NCBI GenBank assembly: GCA_965262915.1
Contig: OZ253564.1
Coordinates: 4,256,001-4,320,000, forward strand
Length of the DNA: 64,000 nt
Reading direction: 5' to 3'
From: Candidatus Spongiisociaceae bacterium
GTDB taxonomy: Bacteria; Actinomycetota; Acidimicrobiia; Spongiisociales; Spongiisociaceae
Position numbers and translations under genes: made by a program. Below are positions 1-10,065 of the stretch, in pieces. Under the pieces are notes generated by a model. The model searched no databases. It saw only the letters and a program-made list of their open reading frames with translations, and was not told the origin of the DNA. Positions within the stretch are counted from its first letter, which is position 1. Each line of letters begins with the position of its first letter.

Positions 1-537
1 CGCCAGCATCACCGCAGAGCCGAACGCGGTGTAGAGGAAGAACTTGACCGCCGCGTAGATGCGGTTCTCGCTCCCCCAGATGCCGATGATGAAGGCCATC
101 GGGACCAGGATCACCTCGAAGAAGACGAAGAACAGGAATAGGTCGAGAGACAGGAAGACCCCTATGAGGCCGGCCTCCAGCAGCAGATTCATCGCCACGA
201 ACAGCCTGACCCGGTGATCCACGCTCATCGACGCGCCCAGCGCCACCGGCACCAGCACGGTGGTGAGCACCACCAGGAGGAGGGAGATGCCGTCCACACC
301 CAGGTGCCAGGCCACCCCGAGCTGGCTGATCCACACCACCCGCTCCACGAACTGGAACCCGGCCACCCCCCGCTCGAACTCCACGAACAGGAGGACCGCC
401 AGGGGAACGGGTAGCAGGCTGAGCACCAGCCCCAGCGGGCGGACGATCTCGCGCCGCCGCTCGGGTATCAGCATCACCACCACGGCCGCCACTGCCGGCA
501 CGACGATCAGGGCGCTGAGCGTTGAGAACCCGCTCAT
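1..537 (-). CDS. nuoM: NADH-quinone oxidoreductase subunit M (5' part; runs off window edge)
   Basis: Manual translation from ATG at 537: MSGFSTLSALIVVP...WHLGVDGISLLLVVLT...SLDLFLFFVFFEVILVPMAFIIGIWGSENRIYAAVKFFLYT. These are NuoM motifs, and the gene follows nuoL. Confidence 0.93.
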   Translation of the reverse strand, partial: MSGFSTLSALIVVPAVAAVVVMLIPERRREIVRPLGLVLSLLPVPLAVLLFVEFERGVAGFQFVERVVWISQLGVAWHLGVDGISLLLVVLTTVLVPVALGASMSVDHRVRLFVAMNLLLEAGLIGVFLSLDLFLFFVFFEVILVPMAFIIGIWGSENRIYAAVKFFLYTAFGSAVMLA

Positions 538-992
538 ACGTATCCGGTCCCGCCGGCCCGGGCAGTCATGGTGGCAGAGCAGTCACCGGGATAGATCTGC
601 GTTATACGGTGAGACCGCGAAAGAAAGCCTTGAGTCCGACCAACCGAACTCCTGGTCCTGTCATATCCGCGTTGTACCTTGATCAGAGCCAAGCACCTAC
701 GGTCCCGGAAGGGCGTCCGCGGGACCGGGAGGGAACAAATGCGCGACGCGCCTCCGCCGAGGTGACCCCACCAGGGGCCGGCAAGAGCGCATCCATCGAA
801 CTCGGAGGTGGCGGCGGGGGTGGGCCCGGCAGCGGAACCGGGCCGGCGGTTTTTCGCGACTTCGGGGATGATTGGGGCATCCGGGGCCAGCAGAGCGCCG
901 GAAGGTGTCCGAGGGGAGGTTCCGCTGCCCCCGGTGCCGGCGCCTTCGACGGATATCCGCTCACTGGGAGGGGGGCTCGCGTAAGGAGTCAT
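534..992 (-). other. Insert between nuoL and nuoM, spanned by a 152-aa ORF of unknown status
   Basis: ATG lies 1 nt after the nuoL stop and the TGA overlaps the nuoM ATG (ATGA). The product is low complexity with no recognisable domain. Confidence 0.3.
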
Positions 993-993
993 C

Positions 994-2895
994 TCACAGC
1001 CCCCGCACGACTATCCATGCCACCACGCCGACGGCCCCGGCGGCCAGGAGAGCGCCGTACGAGCGCACGTAGCCGGACTGGAGGGGCTGCAGCCGGGCGC
1101 CGGCCTGCCGGACCGCCCACCCAATCCCGTTGACCAACCCGTCGATAGTTCGCTGGTCCACGAATCCGGCGCTCCACACAGCGATACGCATACCCGGTTT
1201 GACGATCAGGCTCCCGTAGACCTCGTCCACCCAGTAGCCGTGCTCCCAGGCCCGCAAGGGCCGGCGGACCCTGGCCAGGAGACGCTCCCTCGTCTCCTCG
1301 GAAGCCTGCCGGTAGAGCAGGAAGGCGATCACGATACCCACCACTCCGGCCCCTACCGAGACGAGGGCCAGCGCGGTGAGCAGGAGACCGTCCCCGGGCG
1401 CGTGGGCCGAATCGATCCCATCGAAGGCCGGTTCCAGGAAGTGCTCGAAGCTCAGCCGGAAGGGCGTATTCACGAAACCGATCAGCACGGTTAGCACGCC
1501 GAGGATGATCAGCGGACCCGTCATCGTGCGGGGCGACTCGTGGGGCTCGACCCCGTCCCGCCAACGGGGCTCCCCGTCGAAGACCAGGAAGTACTGGCGG
1601 GCCATGTAGAAGGCCGTCAGGAGGGCGGTCAGCAGCCCCACCGCCCACAGGGCTGTGAAGTAGCCGCCCTTGGCGAACAGCACCGCCAGGATCTCGTCCT
1701 TCGACCAGAAGCCTGCCAGAGGCGGTATACCGGCGATTGAGAGGGTGGCCACCAGCATCGTGAGATGCGTGACGGGCATCTTGGCACGCAGCCCCCCCAT
1801 CCTGGTCATGTCCTGCTCATCGGCCATGGCGTGGATGACCGAGCCCGCGCCGAGAAACAGGAGGGCTTTGAACACCGCATGGGTGACCAGATGGAAGAGG
1901 CCTGCTACGTATCCGGCCACCCCCACCGCCATGAACATGTAACCGAGTTGGCTGATGGTCGAATACGCCAGCACCCGCTTGATATCACGCTGGGCGATGG
2001 CGATGGTGGCGGCGAGGAGGGCGGTCAGCGCCCCCACGGTGGCCACCACTCCACCGGCCACATCGGACAGCCCGTATATGGCGGCGGTCCGGGCCACCAT
2101 GTAGACACCGGCGGTGACCATGGTGGCGGCGTGGATGAGGGCGGAGACCGGGGTGGGACCTTCCATGGCATCCGGAAGCCACACGTACAGCGGTAGCTGC
2201 GCCGACTTGCCGGCCGCTCCCACCAGCAGCAGCAGCCCGATGGCGGTGGCCGTCGTGGCCCCGATGACCTCCCCCGGCTCGTGCAGCACCTTCGTGTACG
2301 ACAGGGTGCCGAAAGAGACGAAGATCAGCATGAGGGCCACCATGAACCCGAAGTCACCGATCCGGTTGACCACGAAGGCCTTCTTCCCGGCGGCGGCCGC
2401 CGCCGGGCGTGTGTACCAGAACGAGATCAGCAGGTACGAGCAGAGGCCGACCAGCTCCCAGCCCACGAACAGCAGGGCGAAGTTGTTGGCCAGCACCAGG
2501 ATCAGCATCGAAGCGATGAAGAGGTTCAGGTAGGTGAAGAAGCGGCTGAAGCGAGGGTCGCCGTGCATGTATCCCACCGCGTAGATGTGGATCAGGGCGC
2601 CCACCCCGGTCACCACAAGGGTCATGGTGGCCGCGAGGGGATCCCACAACAACTCGGCGGTGGCACCCAGTCCGGGGATCCAGTCGAAGAGGTGGACCAC
2701 CGTGATCGCGTCGGTCGAGGCGTGTTCGGAGATGAAGAAGTCCTTGGCCGCCACCGCCGCGTAGGCGAAGGCGCCGACCACGGACAGGATCGCGAGGCCG
2801 GCCGAGCGGGGCTCTCCGATACGCCTACCGAAAAAATGGTTGAACAGGGCCGCTCCGAGCGGCAGGGCGATGACGACCCAAAGGTAGTCAGCCAC
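994..2895 (-). CDS. nuoL: NADH-quinone oxidoreductase subunit L
   Basis: Motifs GKSAQLPLYVWLPDAMEGPTPVSALIHAATMV, DIKRVLAYSTISQLG and FVVNRIGD. Confidence 0.98.
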   Translation of the reverse strand: MADYLWVVIALPLGAALFNHFFGRRIGEPRSAGLAILSVVGAFAYAAVAAKDFFISEHASTDAITVVHLFDWIPGLGATAELLWDPLAATMTLVVTGVGALIHIYAVGYMHGDPRFSRFFTYLNLFIASMLILVLANNFALLFVGWELVGLCSYLLISFWYTRPAAAAAGKKAFVVNRIGDFGFMVALMLIFVSFGTLSYTKVLHEPGEVIGATTATAIGLLLLVGAAGKSAQLPLYVWLPDAMEGPTPVSALIHAATMVTAGVYMVARTAAIYGLSDVAGGVVATVGALTALLAATIAIAQRDIKRVLAYSTISQLGYMFMAVGVAGYVAGLFHLVTHAVFKALLFLGAGSVIHAMADEQDMTRMGGLRAKMPVTHLTMLVATLSIAGIPPLAGFWSKDEILAVLFAKGGYFTALWAVGLLTALLTAFYMARQYFLVFDGEPRWRDGVEPHESPRTMTGPLIILGVLTVLIGFVNTPFRLSFEHFLEPAFDGIDSAHAPGDGLLLTALALVSVGAGVVGIVIAFLLYRQASEETRERLLARVRRPLRAWEHGYWVDEVYGSLIVKPGMRIAVWSAGFVDQRTIDGLVNGIGWAVRQAGARLQPLQSGYVRSYGALLAAGAVGVVAWIVVRGL

Positions 2896-2967
2896 TCCGC
2901 CGCCTCCCTGCGGGCAGCCTCGAGCCGCGGCGTGCGGAGGGCGGCGCGGTCATCGGGACGTCGCCGA

Positions 2968-3273
2968 TCATCCCGACAACTCCGACAGGTCGTCCACCGA
3001 GGCGGTCTGCCGGGAGCGGAAGATCGAGACGATGATCGCCAGCCCCACGGCCACCTCGGCGGCCGCCACCACCAGCACGAACAGCACCGCCATCTGGCCA
3101 CCGATGTCGCCGTGCGCCCGGGCAGCGGCCACGAAGGTCAGGTTGACGGCGTTGAGCATCAGCTCGACCGACATGAACATGACCAGGGCGTTGTTGCGGA
3201 GCAGTAGTCCGGCCGCGCCCACCAGGAACAGCACCGCCGCCAGGCTCATGTACCAATCTGCGGTGACGATCAC
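2968..3273 (-). CDS. nuoK: NADH-quinone oxidoreductase subunit K
   Basis: Motifs [12 protein letters not shown] and [12 protein letters not shown]. Confidence 0.97.
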   Translation of the reverse strand: MIVTADWYMSLAAVLFLVGAAGLLLRNNALVMFMSVELMLNAVNLTFVAAARAHGDIGGQMAVLFVLVVAAAEVAVGLAIIVSIFRSRQTASVDDLSELSG

Positions 3274-3866
3274 GGCGAGCGCCGGTCCTGATCGGCGACG
3301 GCCCCCTCCTCGTCGGGTAGGTCCTTGCGTCGAGGGCGGTAGTAGGCCAGCGAGATCGCCCCCACCGCCGCCACGATCAGCAGGAGCGAGGTCGCCTCGA
3401 AGGGCAGGAGCCAGCGTGACGCCTCCTGCCCGGACGGAGTGTCGACCGCGATCAGGTTGGTACCGATCTCCTCGACCGTTCCCCGGATCTCCCCGGCTTC
3501 ATCGGCCGTGATCACCCAGTCGAAACGGTCCGTGACCACCAGCACACCCGCCAGCACCACCACAGCCACCAGCACCACCAGGGCTACGGGGCGCTGGACC
3601 GCCAACTTCTCGGTGAGGCGCTCGGCTCGGTCGACCCCCACGAACATGATTACGAACAGGAACAGGGTGATCACCGCCCCGGCGTACACGATCACCTGGA
3701 CCGCCGCCACGAAGTGGGCGAGGTGCACCACGTAGAAGACCGCCAAGGCAAACAGGGTCGCCATGAGCCCCATCGCCCCGTACACGGGGTTACGGGCTCT
3801 CACCACCGCTATCGCCCCGCCCAGAACCACCGACCCTACAAGAACGAAGATGACCAGCTCCACCAT
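3270..3866 (-). CDS. nuoJ: NADH-quinone oxidoreductase subunit J
   Basis: Motifs [19 protein letters not shown] and [11 protein letters not shown]; operon position. Confidence 0.96.
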   Translation of the reverse strand: MVELVIFVLVGSVVLGGAIAVVRARNPVYGAMGLMATLFALAVFYVVHLAHFVAAVQVIVYAGAVITLFLFVIMFVGVDRAERLTEKLAVQRPVALVVLVAVVVLAGVLVVTDRFDWVITADEAGEIRGTVEEIGTNLIAVDTPSGQEASRWLLPFEATSLLLIVAAVGAISLAYYRPRRKDLPDEEGAVADQDRRSP

Positions 3867-4528
3867 CAGGCATCACCCGTCCCGGGCTGTTCCTCCGGTC
3901 TCTCGGGCACCGCCGCCTGGCCCGCCTCGGGCGGCCGCACGCCCACCCCGGCCGAGCCCGACCAGGCCACGTGGCCCTCGTAGGCGGCGCGGCCCTGGGG
4001 CGAGGTGGCCCGCATCCAACCATCGGCCTCGGCCAACTCCTCGAAGTCGGCAAAGCGGTCGGTGTCGAACATGTGGTTGGGACGCCCGTCCCGGTCGACC
4101 AGCAGTTCCGTTTTGGTGTAGATGGCGTCGGCCCGGTTGGTGGTGGACATCTCGAACAGCTGGGTGTGGGTGATGGCCTCGGTGGGACAGGCCTCGACGC
4201 ACAGCCCGCAGAAGATGCACCGCAGCATGTTGATCTCGTAGACGAACCCGTAGCGCTCCCCCGGGCTGACGGGCCTGTCCGCGGGGTTGTCGGCCCCGCG
4301 GACGTAGATGCAGCGGGCCGGGCAGGCGCCGGCGCACAGCTCGCAGCCGATGCACTTCTCCATCCCGTCCTCGTAGCGGTTGAGCACGTGGCGGCCGTGG
4401 AAGCGCTGCGGCTTCTCTCGCATCACCTCCGGGTACTTGATGGTCACCAGACCCTTGCCGAACACCGTGGCGATGAACTGGCGGCCCGTCACCGCCATGC
4501 CCTTCAAGAACGCCTCTACAGGTCCCAT
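3866..4528 (-). CDS. nuoI: NADH-quinone oxidoreductase subunit I
   Basis: 2x[4Fe-4S] motifs [12 protein letters not shown] and [12 protein letters not shown]; RFHGRH. Confidence 0.98.
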   Translation of the reverse strand: MGPVEAFLKGMAVTGRQFIATVFGKGLVTIKYPEVMREKPQRFHGRHVLNRYEDGMEKCIGCELCAGACPARCIYVRGADNPADRPVSPGERYGFVYEINMLRCIFCGLCVEACPTEAITHTQLFEMSTTNRADAIYTKTELLVDRDGRPNHMFDTDRFADFEELAEADGWMRATSPQGRAAYEGHVAWSGSAGVGVRPPEAGQAAVPERPEEQPGTGDA

Positions 4529-4529
4529 A

Positions 4530-5615
4530 TCAACTCCACGGGAATCCGAACTGCCGGACGGAGAGCGCCCCGCCGATGAAGAACAGCCATACCAGAGAAG
4601 CCGGGATGAGCCGCTTCCATCCGAGGGTCATGAGCTGGTCGTAGCGGAGGCGCGGGAGGGTGGCCCTCAGCCACACGTACACGAACAGGAACACCACTAC
4701 CTTGAGGAGGAACCACACGGTGGGGAGCAGGCCGCTCACCACGACGGGAAGGGACCCGTCCCACGTGGGACCCGACCAGCCCCCGAGGAACAGGGTGACG
4801 GCCAGGGCCGACATCGTGAAGATGTTGATGTACTCGGCCAGGAAGAACAGGGCGAACCGCAGACCGGAGTACTCGGTGTGGAACCCGCCCACGATCTCCT
4901 GCTCGGCCTCCACCAGGTCGAACGGCGCCCGGTTGGTCTCCGCCACCGCGGCGATGAAGAAGATGATGAACGAGGGCGCCAGCACGAACAGGTTCCAGGC
5001 CGGCAGCCCGAAGCCCATACCGAGGAAGGTCAGGGTGGAGGTCTGGGACTCCACGATCTCGGAGATGCGCAGGGACCCCGTGTAGAGCACCACCGGCACC
5101 AGGGAGAGGCCCATGGCCGCCTCGTAGGAGATGGCCTGGGCGGTGGCCCGCACGCCTCCCAGCAGGGGATACTTGGACCCGGAGGACCACCCGGCCAGCA
5201 CCACCCCGTACACGGCCACCGAGGACATGGCCAGGATGTAGAGCAACCCCACGTTCAGATCGGCGCCCTGGAGGGGCACCCTCCGCAGCTGCCCTCCCAG
5301 GGTGATCTCGAACGGCCTCCCGAAAGGGACCACCATGAACATCAGGAAGGCCGGGATGGCAGCCAGCATGGGGGCGGTCAGATACAGACCCAACTCCACC
5401 TTGCGGGGCGTCACCTGCTCCTTGAAGAACAGCTTCAGGCCGTCGGCGAGGGTCTGGAGAATGCCGTACGGTCCGGCCCGGTCCGGCCCCACCCGGTTCT
5501 GCATGTCGGCCACCACCTTGCGCTCGAACCAGATCAGCAGGATCGTCACCACCAGCAGGAGGACGAATACCACCAGCACCCGGGCGACCACCAGGACCAG
5601 ATCGATCCAGTCCAT
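4530..5615 (-). CDS. nuoH: NADH-quinone oxidoreductase subunit H
   Basis: Start re-assigned to MDWIDL (ATG 5615, overlaps nuoG stop). Motifs [14 protein letters not shown] and [15 protein letters not shown]. Confidence 0.97.
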   Translation of the reverse strand: MDWIDLVLVVARVLVVFVLLLVVTILLIWFERKVVADMQNRVGPDRAGPYGILQTLADGLKLFFKEQVTPRKVELGLYLTAPMLAAIPAFLMFMVVPFGRPFEITLGGQLRRVPLQGADLNVGLLYILAMSSVAVYGVVLAGWSSGSKYPLLGGVRATAQAISYEAAMGLSLVPVVLYTGSLRISEIVESQTSTLTFLGMGFGLPAWNLFVLAPSFIIFFIAAVAETNRAPFDLVEAEQEIVGGFHTEYSGLRFALFFLAEYINIFTMSALAVTLFLGGWSGPTWDGSLPVVVSGLLPTVWFLLKVVVFLFVYVWLRATLPRLRYDQLMTLGWKRLIPASLVWLFFIGGALSVRQFGFPWS

Positions 5616-8059
5616 CAGGACCACTCCCCCATCTCGAGGCTGCCGCCGAGTCCCGCCGTACCGGGCTGGTTGAACGGGATGTAGACAGTGCCCGCATGGA
5701 GGCTCGGATCCACACGCACAGGCAGCCTCACCGGGCCACCCTCCAGCCGGATCCCGATCTCCTCGATCCTGACCTCGTCCCCGTCGGCGACCCCGAGCGA
5801 CGCGGCATGGGCGGGCGTCAGGTAGACGGCGGCGCCGGGCGCCTGCTTGGAGAGCGATGGGCTGTGCCGCAGCAGGACGCCGTCGTCGTAGAGGGTGCGG
5901 GCCAGGTGGAGCCGGTAAGCGCCGGCCTCGCCCGGAAGGTGCTGCCGGCGGGGCTCGTACCGCAGCGGTTGGGTGGCGCCCTCGAGAGGCACCACCGCCC
6001 CTTCCCGGGCATCCCATTGGAGGTACTCCCAGGAGATCCCGGCGTAGGCGGGCGCCAACCGGGCGATCTCGTCGGTGATGCCCTTCTCGGAGACCAGCCC
6101 GATCGGGCGACCCATCCGGGTGGCCAGATCGTCGAGGATAGACCAGTCGGCCCGCGCCTGTCCCGGTCCGGGCACCAGTCGGTTGACCTTCTGCACCCGG
6201 CCCTCGAGGTTGGTCACCGTGCCTTTCTTCTCCGCGAAACCCAGGGCGGGAAGCACCACATCGGCCCGGCGGGATGAGTCGGTGAGGAACAGGTCGAGCG
6301 CCACCACCAATCCGGCGCCCGACAGGGCAGCAGCGCCGTCGAAACCCACCAGGTCGCGGACCGGATCGGATCCGCACAGGATCAGGCAACCGATGTCCCC
6401 GGCGGCCGCGGCGGCCGCTATCCCGAGCGCGTCGAGGCCCGATTCTATGGGCAGGGTGCCCCACGCCTCCACCAGGTCGGGAGCCAACCCGTCGGCGACC
6501 GTGAGTACCCTGCCAGGCAGCAGGTCCGGCGCCACTCCCATGTCCAGCGCACCGAAGGTGTTGCCCCGATGGACCAGGGGAAGCAGGGTGGCGCCCAGCC
6601 GTCGGGCAAAGGCGGCGACCGACTCGGCCAGGCGCGGGTCCTCGGCCAGGCCGGGACGCCCCACCAGCGCCACCACCGGACCCTCGTCCAGAGCCTTCCG
6701 GGCGGCCTTCAACCCACCCTCGCCGGCCTCGAGACGTTCGAGCAGATCCGGGCCGGTCCCGGGGCGGTAGGTCAGCTTGTGCGTGGCGCGGTCGTCCAGG
6801 CCGGTACGCCTCGGATGCACCACCAAGAGCGTGGCGCCCAACTCCTGGGCGGCTCGCCGGACTCTCAGGTAGAGGATGGGATGCGTCTCCTTGAGGTCGG
6901 GTCCCCAGAGCAGGATCGTGCGAGCGGACTCCAGATCGTCGATCCTCCCCCGGCCGGCCAGCCCGGCCAGGAACGGTGCCCCCAGCCCGTCGCCCAGCCG
7001 GCAGTCCAGGTTGTTGGATCCGGCCGCCACCCTCATGAACTTGGAGAGTGCGTAGGCGTCCTCGTTGGTACCCCGCGCCCCGCCCAGAGCCGCCACCGAG
7101 GACCCGCCCTCCCGGGTGATCACGTCGCGGAGATGGTCCGCCACCAAGTCCAGGGCCTCTCCCCAGCCAGCCTCCCGGTGCTCTGAGCCCTCCCGGACGA
7201 GGGGGGTTGCCAGCCGGTCCGGCGAGCCGATGTACTCGAACAGGAACCGCTCCTTGTCCGACAGCCAGCCCTGGTTGGTGGCGCCGTTGTCGACGCCGAG
7301 GAGGCGCAGCACCCGGTTCTGCGAGGCGTGGACGGAGAGCCGGCTCCCCTCGGTGTGTATGACCCCGGTGCTCTCGGCGATCTGCAGGTCCCAGGGACGG
7401 GCCCGGAACCGGTAGGGGGTGGCGGTGAGCGCCCCTACCGGGCAGATCTGCACGGTGTTGCCGGAGAAGTAGGAGTTGAACGGCTCGCCCGGGAAGGTGA
7501 GCACCTGGGTGTAGTTACCGCGGTTCTGGAACTCGATGAGCGGATCGCCCGAAACCTCGTCCGAGAACCTGGTGCAGCGGGCGCAGAGGATGCACCGCTC
7601 CCGGTCCAGCAGGACCAGGTCACTGATCGGTATGGGTTTCTCGAAGTGGCGCTTCTCCTCCACGAAACGGCTCTCCCCGGGCCCGTAGGACATGGTCTGA
7701 TCCTGGAGGGGGCACTCGCCGCCCTTGTCGCACACCGGACAGTCGAGGGGATGGTTGAGTAGCAGGAACTCGAGCACCCCTTCCTGGGCCTTCCGGGCCG
7801 CCTCTGATTCGGTGTGGGCCACCATGCCGTCGTTGACGGGCTGCGTGCACGACGGGATTATCAGCCTGCCGCGGGGGGTCTCGATCTCGACCAGGCACAT
7901 GCGGCACATTCCCACCGGGTTCATCCGCGGGTGCCAGCAGAAGCGGGGAATGTAGGTGCCGCTGTCCTCGGCCGCCTTTATGAGGAGTTCCCCGGCCCGC
8001 GCCTCGACCTCTTCCCCGTCGATGGTCAGGCGAACCATGGGGCGGTCGGGCGCGCTCAT
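5615..8059 (-). CDS. nuoG: NADH-quinone oxidoreductase subunit G
   Basis: Start re-assigned to MSAPDRP (ATG 8059). Motifs IPRFCWHP...GMCRMC, NHPLDCPVCDKGGECPLQ and ERCILCARCTRF. Confidence 0.97.
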   Translation of the reverse strand: MSAPDRPMVRLTIDGEEVEARAGELLIKAAEDSGTYIPRFCWHPRMNPVGMCRMCLVEIETPRGRLIIPSCTQPVNDGMVAHTESEAARKAQEGVLEFLLLNHPLDCPVCDKGGECPLQDQTMSYGPGESRFVEEKRHFEKPIPISDLVLLDRERCILCARCTRFSDEVSGDPLIEFQNRGNYTQVLTFPGEPFNSYFSGNTVQICPVGALTATPYRFRARPWDLQIAESTGVIHTEGSRLSVHASQNRVLRLLGVDNGATNQGWLSDKERFLFEYIGSPDRLATPLVREGSEHREAGWGEALDLVADHLRDVITREGGSSVAALGGARGTNEDAYALSKFMRVAAGSNNLDCRLGDGLGAPFLAGLAGRGRIDDLESARTILLWGPDLKETHPILYLRVRRAAQELGATLLVVHPRRTGLDDRATHKLTYRPGTGPDLLERLEAGEGGLKAARKALDEGPVVALVGRPGLAEDPRLAESVAAFARRLGATLLPLVHRGNTFGALDMGVAPDLLPGRVLTVADGLAPDLVEAWGTLPIESGLDALGIAAAAAAGDIGCLILCGSDPVRDLVGFDGAAALSGAGLVVALDLFLTDSSRRADVVLPALGFAEKKGTVTNLEGRVQKVNRLVPGPGQARADWSILDDLATRMGRPIGLVSEKGITDEIARLAPAYAGISWEYLQWDAREGAVVPLEGATQPLRYEPRRQHLPGEAGAYRLHLARTLYDDGVLLRHSPSLSKQAPGAAVYLTPAHAASLGVADGDEVRIEEIGIRLEGGPVRLPVRVDPSLHAGTVYIPFNQPGTAGLGGSLEMGEWS

Positions 8060-10059
8060 CTCACACCTCCGATGGCCACCGGGACCAGGTTGGCCCGCCG
8101 GAGGTGGCTGTCCACCTCGTCCCGGAAGTACTTGAGCAGAGAGACCACGGGCGAGACGGCCGATGGACCGAGCGGGCAGATCGTGGTCATGGCGGGGGGC
8201 CACCGCAGACCCGGGGAAATGTTGTCGGACACGTCGAGCAGCAGGTCGGCGTCCACCGCACGCCCCTGGCCGTCCATGATGCGGCGCAGGATCAGGTCCA
8301 GCCAGACAGTGCCCTCCCGGCACGGGGTGCACTGGCCGCAGGACTCGTGGGCGAAGAAACGAACCAGACGCTCCGCCACCGCCACCACGTCGGTGGTGTG
8401 GTCCATGACGATCACCGCCCCCGAACCCGTCATCGAACCGTGGCCGTCGATGGCCTCCTTGGTCACCTCGGTGTCGAGGTGCAGTTCGGGAACGAACCAG
8501 GGCGACGAGGCCCCGCCCGGAACCCACGCCTTGAGGCGGTTGCCGTTGCGTATCCCACCGGCCAGGTCGAAGATCAGGTCCCGCCAGGTGAGGCCCTCCA
8601 CGATCTCGTAGTTGCCGGGGCGGTTCACGTGGCCCGAGATCGAGCACATGCGCCGTCCGGGTGAACCGGGCGGGCCGATGGCCGCGTAGGCGGCCCCGCC
8701 GTGGTTGATGATCCACGGGATGTTGGCGAGGGTCTCCACGTTGTTGACGATGGTGGGCATCATGTAGAGGCCTTTGGCGGCGGGGAAGTAGGGGGGCTTG
8801 AGGCGGGGTTCGCCCCGCCGGCCTTCCAGGCTGTTGAGCAGACCGGTCTCCTCCCCGCAAATGTAAGCGCCTGCACCCAGGTGAACGGTTACGTCGAGGT
8901 CGTACCCGGAGCCGAGGATGTCCCGGCCCAGGTAGCCGGCCGCGTAGGCCTCCTCGACGGCGGCCTGCACCCGCCGGGCGGCCTTCGGGTACTCCCCCCT
9001 GATGTATACGAAGGCGTGGTGCGCCTCGCTGGCGTAGGAGGAGATCACCACCCCCTCGATCATCTGGTGGGGATCCCGCTCCATCAGCTGGCGGTCCTTG
9101 AAGGTACCCGGCTCGGACTCGTCGGCGTTAACCACCAGGTAGGAGGGCCGGGCCGGCGCCAGGAACCCCCACTTGACCCCGGCGGGGAATCCGGCCCCTC
9201 CCCGGCCCCGGAGCATCGACCCCTTGACCTCGGCGGTGATCTCCCCGGGCGACATTCCGGGTGCGCCCAGGACCTTCCGCAACGCCGAGTACCCGCCGGT
9301 GGCCTCGTAGGTGGCGAGGGCGTGGCTGGTACGGGGGTGATCGTTCATCCTCGCGGTGAGGATCATCGGGGCGTCCCCGTTCCCCGTCGTCGGGGACGGC
9401 TCCCGGACACGACCGTCCGCCCCGTCCGGGGACGCGGCGGCGGTCCCGAGCGGGGAGAAGGCGGGTACCGGGCCGGTTGCGCCCACCGGGTCGGGTACGC
9501 CCCAGGGGAAGGACGTATCACCTCCGAAGCGGGCCTGGAGCTCGTCGCCGGTGACCTGTTCGGGGCGCTCGGACCGCAGCCATCTGACCATCTCCCGGGC
9601 TCTGTCGGGGGTGACCCCCTCGACGAACTCGTAGTTCACCTGGACCGTCGGCGCGGCCCCGCAGGCGCCGATGCACTCGACATGCTCGGGGGACACCAGG
9701 CCCTCTCCGTCGACGTGGCCCGATGGCGCCCCCACCTCGTCCTCGATGGCGTGGAGAACGTCGTCGGCGCCCCCCAGCCAGCAGGAGAGGGAGGTGCAGA
9801 CCGACACCAGGTAGCGGCCGACCGGCGAGCGCTTGTACATCGTATAGAAACTGGCGACCGCAACAACCTGGGCCGGCGTGACGCCCGCCAGATCGGCCAC
9901 CTTGCGCATACCGTCGTCGGTCAGGCGGTCTTTGCCCCGGTCGAGGTCCTCCTGCATGGCGATGTAGAGGAGTGCCATGATGGCGGAACGCCGCTGCGGA
10001 TAGGCGGCAATCAGCTTGCGGGCACGCTCCTCCGCTCCGGCCGACCAGGTGTAGGACAT
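8056..10059 (-). CDS. nuoEF: Fused NADH-quinone oxidoreductase subunits E and F
   Basis: N-terminal NuoE [2Fe-2S] motifs (CTSLSC...CIGAC) are in frame with NuoF motifs (GRGGAGFP, NADESEPGTFKDR, GAYICGEE, ESCGQCTPCREG), with no stop between them. Confidence 0.92.
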   Translation of the reverse strand: MSYTWSAGAEERARKLIAAYPQRRSAIMALLYIAMQEDLDRGKDRLTDDGMRKVADLAGVTPAQVVAVASFYTMYKRSPVGRYLVSVCTSLSCWLGGADDVLHAIEDEVGAPSGHVDGEGLVSPEHVECIGACGAAPTVQVNYEFVEGVTPDRAREMVRWLRSERPEQVTGDELQARFGGDTSFPWGVPDPVGATGPVPAFSPLGTAAASPDGADGRVREPSPTTGNGDAPMILTARMNDHPRTSHALATYEATGGYSALRKVLGAPGMSPGEITAEVKGSMLRGRGGAGFPAGVKWGFLAPARPSYLVVNADESEPGTFKDRQLMERDPHQMIEGVVISSYASEAHHAFVYIRGEYPKAARRVQAAVEEAYAAGYLGRDILGSGYDLDVTVHLGAGAYICGEETGLLNSLEGRRGEPRLKPPYFPAAKGLYMMPTIVNNVETLANIPWIINHGGAAYAAIGPPGSPGRRMCSISGHVNRPGNYEIVEGLTWRDLIFDLAGGIRNGNRLKAWVPGGASSPWFVPELHLDTEVTKEAIDGHGSMTGSGAVIVMDHTTDVVAVAERLVRFFAHESCGQCTPCREGTVWLDLILRRIMDGQGRAVDADLLLDVSDNISPGLRWPPAMTTICPLGPSAVSPVVSLLKYFRDEVDSHLRRANLVPVAIGGVR

Positions 10060-10065
10060 ACCCGC

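Noticed and set aside
5615-8860. 1081-aa ORF read as an extended NuoG (likewise 644-aa NuoH, 750-aa ArgJ, 613-aa Rieske and 806-aa ComA)
   Set aside because: The N-terminal extensions are off-frame overlaps of neighbouring genes; better downstream starts exist, mostly overlapping the upstream stop codon
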